DNA of 64,000 bases from an uncultured delta proteobacterium (GTDB lineage Bacteria; Myxococcota_A; Polyangia; Polyangiales; Polyangiaceae). Below the pieces are notes generated by a model, which was not told the DNA's origin, ran no database searches, and saw only the letters and a program-made list of their open reading frames with translations. This document shows positions 1 to 9,200 of this stretch, piece after piece (position 1 is the stretch's first letter; each line of letters starts with the position of its first letter). The stretch spans positions 352,001 through 416,000 of the forward strand of contig CAVOKF010000007.1 in assembly GCA_963696385.1 (NCBI GenBank). Reading direction: 5' to 3'. The position numbers were made by a program, and so were the translations under genes.

Positions 1-205
1 ACCGCGACAACCGCGACCGCGACCCCGACCTCGACCCCGACCACCTCGACCCCGACCCCGACCACCCCGACCTCGACCCCGACCTCGACCCCGACCCCGA
101 CCTCGACCCCGACCTCGACCCCGACCTCGACCCCGACCTCGACCCCGACCTCGACCCCGACCTCGACCCCGACCTCGACCCCGACCTACGACCCCAACCT
201 CGACC
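1..205. repeat. (GACCCC/GACCTC)n hexamer tandem tract, largely an alternating 12-mer; runs off the window start
   Basis: Directly visible; ends about 10 bp from the stop codon of the giant TPR gene. Confidence 0.97.
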
Positions 206-215
206 TACGACGGAT

Positions 216-3200
216 CTAGCCGACGGCGATCCCCAGCGTTTTTCGCAGACTGAAGTACTGCTCGCTCACGGAGAAGACGAGAAGCTCCTTCATCTTGTCC
301 GCGGGGGGCAGGTCGCCGGGCAGCTGCGGCTCGGCGGCGATGATCTTCTTCGCGATCTCCAGATCCGCACAGAGAAGCAGACCAGCACGGCACGCCGTGA
401 TCTCGATGGCCTGCATCCAGCGGCGCAGATCCGCCTTCGCGCCGTCCTCGATCCATTTTTGCACGACCAAGCGCAGCGACTCGCGCTGGACAGGCTGCAT
501 GTGTTTCACGAGCTCGGCGGCCGTGGCGTTGACCGCCTGCGCCATTTCTCCCGGCACCGCGAAGTCCGGAATGACGATCTTGACGCCCGCGAAGAGGATG
601 ACTTTCAGCTCGTTGAGCGTCGGGAACAGATTCTTGATGTAGTGCTCGCCGCGATAGTTGGACAGGTGCTTGCCGACGATGAACGTCAGCTCCTGCGGGG
701 TAAACCCCGTGAGAACCGTCTGCCCCGCCACGCTCGCGGGGGGGGTGGACACGACTGCGAGCAGCGCACCGGGGACGTCGTTACGAACGTAAAGCTCCGG
801 AGTCGCGATGCCCAACACTTGGCCGGCCCAACCGAACGTCTTGGCGAACGTCACCGTGCTCGTCGTCGGATCCTGGCGAAACCTTCTGTCGAGAACGGGC
901 AGTTGCTTCTGGGCCTTCAGCTGATTCGTCTTCGCGATGATGGCCGCCGGCGTGAGCATCTCGAAGATTTTGCCGATGTAGAGATTTTCGTCCTTGTGGA
1001 AGAGAAATCTCACCCAGGCCTCGTTGTCGAGGCGACTTTTGACCTGAATCATCCCTCGCGGTCGATAGTCCTCGAAGAAGCGCTGCTCCTCCTCGTCCGC
1101 CTTGTGCAGGAACGCGAGCGCGGCACACATGCACCAGGCGCGATCGTATTCGTGCATCCGAAGATACAGCTTGTACAAGCTGCGATACGGCTCTACGCGC
1201 AGAGGCTCATTTTGAAGCACGAGCGAATGCTCTCCGATCGCGGCCTCGATCTGATCCGTAGCCTCGTAGAGCTCCGCCAAGATCTGACGTTCGACCGCCT
1301 CGTCGGGCTTGACTCGCGTCGCCATCTTGAACGCTTCGATGCCGCTCGCGGTGTCCCGCAAACGGTCCCGGTAGATCAGGCCTAGGTTGTGCCAGAGGGC
1401 GAACTCGAGATCCGGGTTCGACACGTTTCCCGCCGACATCCGCCTCAGCATCTTCCGAAAGGCACGCTCGAGCGCCTTCCAGTCCTTCTTCGCCGTCAAA
1501 ATCTTGTTGATGCGCTCGAAGGCCTCCAGATACTGGGGATTCAGATCGAGCGCCTCGCCGAAGAGCTCGACCGCCTTGTCCTGGTCGCCCTCCTTGTCGC
1601 GATACAGCTGCGCCATCGTGTAAAGGAACTTGCTTTTCCGGATCGCATCCTTCTCGTTGTCCGCAATCGCAGAGATCGTGTCGATCATCTTCGACCAGTT
1701 CTCGGTCGACTGATAAAGGGCAATGAGCTTGTGCAGCAGGCCGGGATTGAACGGCTGAAGCTCACGCGCTTCTTCCAGGGCTTCGATCGCGCGCGACGCG
1801 CTCTTGTCTTGATCGCTCCAAACGTCGGCGATCTCGTTGAGCATGCGGAAGCGATCTTCCACGTCGTACACGTTGTCGAGGATCTGCCGCTTGTAGGCTA
1901 CGACCTGCTTCCAATCTTTGGCTTCCGCGTACAGGCTGACGAGCCCTTCGAGCGTCGGTCGGTGAGCGGGATCGACCGACAACGCCTTCTCGAAGTTGTT
2001 GATCGCCTGCCTCGCCTGCCCTTGTTCCCCCTTGATGCATCCGAGTCTGTAGTAGACGTCCGCGCGCGCAGCCGACTCGCCCTCGCCGAGCGCGGTCAGC
2101 ACCTTCTGATAATTGGCGAGCGCCGCCGTCCAGTCCTTGAGCTTGAACGAGACTTCGGCGAGGCCGCGGATGGTGACCTGGTTGGTCAGATCGAGCTGGT
2201 GGGCGGCCGTAAAGGCCTTGAGCGCCTTGTCGTCCTTGCCGAGAGCCGCGCAGACGCGCCCGAGCTTGTTCTGCAGGGCGTGCTGCTCGGAGCGCTCTCT
2301 TTTGCCGCTCTTGCGGACGAGAAGTTCGAGCAAGGGCTCCGCCTTGCCCCACTGTTCGCCGGCGATGTACTCGTCGACCAGCGGCATGGCCGCATCCTCG
2401 TTCTCGGAGTCGGCCTCGTAGGCGGACTCCCAAGCGAGCACCGCGCCGGGGTGATCGCTCAACATCTCTTCGCGCAGTCTTCCGAGGTCGACGAGCAGGC
2501 GCGCGCGCTGTCGCGGCGACTGCGTGAAACCTTGCTCTTGCGCGAGGTAACGCGCGGCCTTGTCGAAGTCCGCGGAGTCGATGGCGATCTGACGCAGCGC
2601 CGCGAGCGTCGGCAAGTGCGCCGAGTCGAGATCGAGCGCGGTCTCGAAGCGCTCCTGCGCGAGCACTCGGTCCCCGAGTTTGTCGTCGAGGGCCTTGCCG
2701 ATTCGATAAAAGGCCTCGACTCGCTGTTTCGTATCCTGAGTCAGCTCCGCAACCCGAGTCATGCAGTCGATGGACTGCGCCGCATCGCCGGTCTTGTCGT
2801 AGAGCTTTGCGAGCGACTCGAGCGCCGCGATATTTTGCTCGTCGAGCGCGACGATGTTCTTGTACGCGTCGATCGCGCGCTCGGCGTCCTCGATCTCGTC
2901 GGCATAGACTTGCGCAATCGCGCCGAAAAGCTCGATCTTGGTCTTTCGCTCCTGCGTGGCGCCGATGTGCCTTTCGTAGGTATCGACCAGTTCCTTCCAC
3001 TGCCGAAGTCGCCGATAGGCCCGTTCGAGTTTGAAGTAAGCGGCCTCGTTGCTCGAGTCGACTTCCAGTGCCTGTTCGAGACGCTGCGCCGCCAAGTCGG
3101 CCTTGAGAAAATGCTCCTCGTGCAGGGTTGCGAGGTTCATCAGCACGTCAATCCGCTCGCGCTCCGTCGTCACGACGTCGAGCTGCTTCTCGAGCACGCC

Positions 3201-6200
3201 GACCAAATCGGCCCATCGCTCGAGAGCTTGATAGACGCGTGCGAGGCCACGGAGCGCCTGCAGATGGCCGGGCGCGATGTCGACCACTTCGCGATAGACC
3301 TGCGCCGCCCGGGCGGCGTCGTTCAGGCTGCTTTCGAAGATTTGCGCTATGCGCAGCTTGGTCGCGGCGATCTCCTCGGGCTCCTTGAGAGCCAGGACCT
3401 TGCGTTGCAAGACGTCGACGAGTTCGCGGTTCTGGGATCGCGCGCCGTAAATGCGCTCCAAGTTCTCGAGCGCGGGCAAGAACTGAGGATCGACCTCGAG
3501 CGCACGCTGAAAATACGTGACCGCCTGCTCGGTCTGCTGCATGTGCGCGTCGAGCACTTCGCCGAGGTCGGTGAGGATCTCCTTGCGGTCGAGATCGTTG
3601 GAGGCCACGTCCAGGGCGCGCGTGAGCGTCGCGCCCATCTGCTGCCAGTTGCCCGCCTTTTTGTAGAGACTCGCGAGCTGACGGGTCGCGCCGACATTCT
3701 GTGGGTCGAGTTGAATGATCTGCGCGTAGTAAGGCTGAGCGTATTCGGGGTGTCCCAGATCGTCGCCGTACCACTTGGCAAGGTGCAGACAGAGCCGGAT
3801 CTTGTCCTGCGGCTCGGTCTGCTGCTTGAGCCAGCCGTTGACGGTCTGGATGATCTCGCTCCAACGCCCCGTCGCCTGGGCCATCCGCTCGAGATATCGC
3901 GCCGTCTCGCGATCGTGGAAGTCGAGCGACAGCGCATTGACGAGCGCCTCGAGCGCCTGGTTCTTGTCGTCGAGCTTCTCTTCGAAGACCCGCGCAATCT
4001 TGCGCAAGAGCTGGGTCTTGGCGCCCGTCTCCTGCTGCGTCTCGAGGCGGCCCAAGTACAGCTCGACCAGCGGCTCCCAGCGACCCGCGCTGCTGTGGAG
4101 CTTCTCGAGCTCGGCGAACGCGTCGTCGTGCCTCGGATCGATGACGAGGATCTTTTCGTAGGCGACCCGGGCCCCGTCGGCGTCACCCACCTGTTCGCGC
4201 CACAGAGCGGCCACTTTCCGGAGCTCGTCGATTTGCTCGCTCGGCTCACCGAGCGCGTCGGCACGACGCATCTTGACGTCGATGACGTCCGTCCATCGCT
4301 CTTCGCGTCGATAAATCGCCTCGAGCGAGTCCATCGCCTCGAAATCGGGACCGACGTCGAGCAGTTTGCGCCACGCGTCGGCCGCATCGTACGGCTGCTG
4401 GAGTGAATCGCCGTAGGTCTTGCCGAGCTCGCGGAACGCTTCCTTCAGCTCCTCGCCGTCGAGCGAGCCGGCGGCACGATCGACCAGCTGATGCAGCGCA
4501 CCCACCAGCTCGTTCGCGTCGCCCTGGCGCCGGCAGATGTTCGCGATCGACCGGAGGGCCTCGAGGTTGGAGTAATCGATGTCGAGAACGCGGACCCAAT
4601 CTTGGCGCGCCGAATCGTCGCGTCCGAGCTTGTCGCTCAGTGTCCTCGCGCGGCGAGTGAGAACGGCCACCCGAGCCTCGTCGCTCGAAGCGATATCGAA
4701 CTCGCGCTCGAGCACGTCGACGAGCTTCGCCCACTGAGCGAGCGACTCGTACAAGTCGCTCAGGGCGTGCAAGGCCTCGGGGTCTTCGCCGCGCAAGTCG
4801 AGCACGACCTTCCAGGACTCGATCGCCCGCTCCGGCTGGCCGAGTCTCTCGGCGGCCAGGCGGCCAATCTTGGCCCGAATGTCGGCCTCTCCCGACCCAC
4901 CGACCGCGTTTTCCAGCTCTCCCCGATACACGGCGTCGAGCTCCTGCCACGCACCTTGCTGCTCGTAAATTCGCGCGAGCGCGGCGATCGCGCCGTCGTG
5001 AGCACGGTCGAGGCCGTCGAAGATATGCCGATACGCGCGGATCGCACTGGGGACATCGCCGAGCCTCTGCTCGTACAGCTCGCCGAGTCGAGCGTAGAGC
5101 TCGACGAGTTCGAGATTGTCGGTCGTGGCCTGAACGCGCATCTCGAGAATTTGCGCCAGATCTTTCCACCCCTCGATCGAAACGTAGATTCGATCGAGAT
5201 TGGCGAGCGCGTCGGCATCCGCCGGATCGACGCCGAGAACGTATTTGTAGGTCTCTTCGGCCTTTCCGACGTCTCCGAGCTCGTCCTCGAAGGTGCGCGC
5301 AAGGCGTCGTCCAATGCTCCTTTGCACGTCCGGTTCGGAGTGCACCGCGAGAATGTCCGCATAGGCATTCGCGAGCGTCTCCCATCCCCCGTCGACCCGA
5401 GCGGCAAGCCGCTGAGTCTCTTCCCCGGCCTTCTCGTCGAGCGGGACCTCCTTGAGCAGGCGGATGGTGACCTCGAGCGTTTTGGCCGGATCGAGGAGCT
5501 TGTCCTCGAAGAGCTCAGCCAGCCGGTAGTACGCGGCAATCCGATCTTTTTGCCCCACGGTGCTCGCGAGCTGCGCTTCGTGGACACGCGAAAGCTTTTC
5601 CCACTCGCCGGTCGCCCGGTAGAGGGGCTCGAGAATTTCGCCGACGTCGGCCTGGCGGACCCCCTCTGCAAAAAGCCCTTCGAGGGCCTCGACCGTCGCT
5701 TGGTGATCCGGCGACGCACCGATGACTTCCCGATACGCGACGAGAGCCCCCTCGACGTCGCCCAGTTTCGTTTGCAAGACTCGGCCGAGGCGGTACTCGA
5801 CCTCCAAAACTTCGTCGGCGGATTGCCCGATCTCGGCTTCGCGCACCAGCACGGCCGCCAAGTCGGCCCAACGCTCGCTCTGAAGGAAGAGACGGTCGAG
5901 CGCCTTGATCGCCGTCAGATTTTCGGGGTCGACGTCGGCCACGCGCCGGTAACGCGCGATCGCTCCGTCGGCATCGTCGAGCTGCACTTCGAAAATTTGC
6001 GCATTCCGCAGCCCAAGCTCCACGAAGCGGTCGGTCCGCTCCGCGCGAGCCAAGCGGTCGAGCTCCGCGTCGTAAAGGCGGGCGACCTGCGGCCACCGGT
6101 GCACGACGATGGCCAGGCGCTCGAGATTGCCGAGCGTGGCCTCGTTGCCGTCCTCGACGGCGAGCGCTCTCGCATAAGTCTCGAAGGCCGCTGCGTGATC

Positions 6201-9200
6201 GCCGAGGGCGTCCTCGTGCAGACGCGCAACGCGGTGCAAGAGATCGACCTTCTGGAACGGGTCCGTGGCGTGCCGGATCTGCACCTCGAGCACGCGGATG
6301 AGTTTGGGCCAGTCGCTCGTGGTTTCGTAAATCGGCTCCAGGACCGCGGCCGCGCCGAGCGGATCGCGTGCGCCCTCCTTGAGGCCCTCGAGCGCGGCCA
6401 GCGTGGGCTCGTGATCGGGCTGACGAACCAGGAGATCGCGATAGAGCTCGACCGCTCTCGCGACGTCCTCGAGGTGTTTCTCGTAGAGCTCCGCGATTCG
6501 ATATTGGAAGCTGACCGCCTCGTTCGGATCCGCCGTCATTTCGCTTTCGTGCGTGAGGACCGAAAGCAGCTCCTGCCAGTTGCCGGCTTGTTCGTACAGA
6601 ACGTCGAGGCGCGACAGCGCCTGGAGATCGTCCGGATCGAGCTCGAGGATCTTCGTGTACGTATCGATCGCTTTCGGGACGTTTCCGAGCTCGCGCTCGT
6701 AGACGGCACCGACTTGGTAATAAATGCCCTTTTTCTCGTCGACGTCGGCGACCAAGTCCGCTTTCCTGGCGTACACGATCAAGAGATCGCTCCAGCGCGA
6801 CAGGTCGAGGTAGCGTCCAATGAGGGCGTCGACCGCGCGCAGATCGTCCGAATCGATCTCGAGCACACGGCTGTAGACGGCAATCGCCGATTCCGGTCGA
6901 TTGAGAACGTCCTCTTCGATGGCGGCGGCCTGAAACAGAGCGTCTTTCTTGTCCGCGGGCTCCTCGAGAATCTCGGACTTGCGTTGCAAGATGACCGACA
7001 GCTCTTGGTAGCGTTCGGTGCTCCGGAACAGCCGTTCCAAAGCCTCCGCGGCCGGCAGGCTCAGCGGGTCGATCTCGAGCACCTTTCGATACAGCGCGAT
7101 CGCCGTGTCGATGTTGCCGAGGTCACTCTCGTGAATGCCGGCGGCCTTCATGGTGAGCGCGCTCGCGAGCATCGGCTCGCCGATCTGCTCCGCCAGGTCC
7201 TCGAAGACACGAGCGACGTCGCCGAATCGGCCCGTGGCCCGCGCGAGCCGATCGAGTTGCTGCTGCGTGGCGTCGTGGGAAGGGTCTTCGCGCAGGGCGC
7301 GCGCCAGGGTGGCGAAGGCCGAACCGAGGTCGCCGGCGGCATCCTCGTAGAGTTGCGCGATCTGATGAAGCAACTCGACCCGCCTCGTGGGGTCCTCGCT
7401 GCGCCGGACCTGCACCTCGTGAGTGCCGATGAGCTTCTGCCAGTCGCCCGTGTGCCGATACAAGGGCTCGAGAAGGTCCGCGATCGTCAATTCGTACTTC
7501 GGATCCGATCCGAGGCGCTCGAGCGCCGCCAAGGCTCGCTCGTTGGTCGGCGCACGCTCCAGCACAGCCCTGTACCCCTCGATGGCGACATCGACGAGGC
7601 CCATTTTCGCTTCGCGCAGATCGGCCAGGCGCATCATGAGCGACAACTGCTCTTCGTCGGTCGCCGCGAGCGCGAGTTGCGCATCGAGGTTCTCGGCGAG
7701 GTCGCTCCACATGGCCTGACGCGTAAAGAGCGCATCGAGAGCGCGGAGCGCCCTATCGCTGGTCGGATCGAGCTCCAGCACTTTGCGATAGGCCGACACG
7801 GCGTCCTCGGGACGCTCCAAACGCTCCTCGTAAATGCCGGCCATCGTGCCGTAGAGCGCCTCGCGCTCCTTGGCGTCGGTCGTCTGCTCGATTCGACGTT
7901 CGACGACTCCGATGAGGTCCTTCCAGCGCCGGGTGCGCGTGAAGAGTTGCTCGAGAAACGCCAACGCCTCGGCGTCGGCGGGGTCGAGCAAGAGCACGCG
8001 CCCGTACGCTTTCGCCGCGCGGTCGACATCGCCCAGACGGTCCTGAATCCCGGCGATGCGCAGCCAGTAGTCTCGGGCGAGTGCCGCGTCCTCGAGGCTT
8101 TGGGCGAGCTCGGTATACAGGGCGACCAACTGTCGCTCGGCCCCGGAGGCGGCGGCGATGGACTCGATTTCGTCGCGTGTCTCGGCGAGAGCCGGATCGT
8201 CGCGAAGGGCCGACGCAAGCACGACGAAGGCGTGCTCGGAGTCGTTCGTGCGCTCGGCACCGATGCGCGCCGCCTTGCGCTTGAGAGCCACCCGGCGATC
8301 CACTTGCGTTTCCCCCGCACCGAGGATCTCGAGAACCTGAATGAGCTTGGGCCAGTCCTGGCGCTCTTCGTAAATCGACTCCAAAATCGAGGCGGCCTCC
8401 GTCCGGAGCGGCCCCGCAAGCATCTGCTCGAGCGCTACGCGCGCTCCTTCGTGCCCCGCATCGACGAAGAGGATCTCGCGGTAGTTTTCGAGTGCCCCCA
8501 ACGGGTCGGCCAGATGCTTCTCGAGAGTCTGGCCAAGCCGGAACTTGAGATCGACGAGCTCCGCCTCGACCAAATCGAGATCGATGCGCCGGCGCAGGAC
8601 CTCGACGTAAGGCTCCCAACGACCGAGCCGTCCGTAAAGTACGTCGAGCGAGGCCAGGGCTTGCGCGTCGGCCGGCTCGTCCTCGAGAACTTGGACGTAC
8701 GTGTCGATGGCCTTGTCGACGTCCTGGATCTCTTCCTCGTAGAGTTTGGCGATTTCGTAATGGATCGCCTTTTTCTCCTCGGGCGTCGTCGAGAGATCGC
8801 GACGCTTTTCGAAGATGCCGAGAAGCTCCGCGAACCGCGAGGTCTGCCGGTACAGCCTCTCGAGGGCGGCGATCGCTTCCGCGTTCTCGCCTTGGGCCTC
8901 GTAGACGGCGCGGTACACGTCGAGCGCCTCGCCGATCTGGTTCACGTCATCGACCAACACGCGACCGAGGCGCAGCCGGAGCATCACGGCGCCGATGGGA
9001 TCGCCCCCCTCGTCGGCCGAGGCGATCGCTTTCCGATACGACGACACGACCGGGTCCCATTGACCAATGGCCTTCGCAACACGCTCGACGTCATCGCTCG
9101 TCTGATCGTCGCCGGGGAAGATCTCGAACGCGGCCAGGTAGCGATGGAACGCGCGCTGGGGGTCTTTGATCTTGCCCTCGTAGAGGGCGGCCACTTCGCG

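Noticed and set aside
1..205. Repeat tracts as CRISPR arrays
   Set aside because: Contiguous 6-12 bp units with no unique spacers and no cas genes
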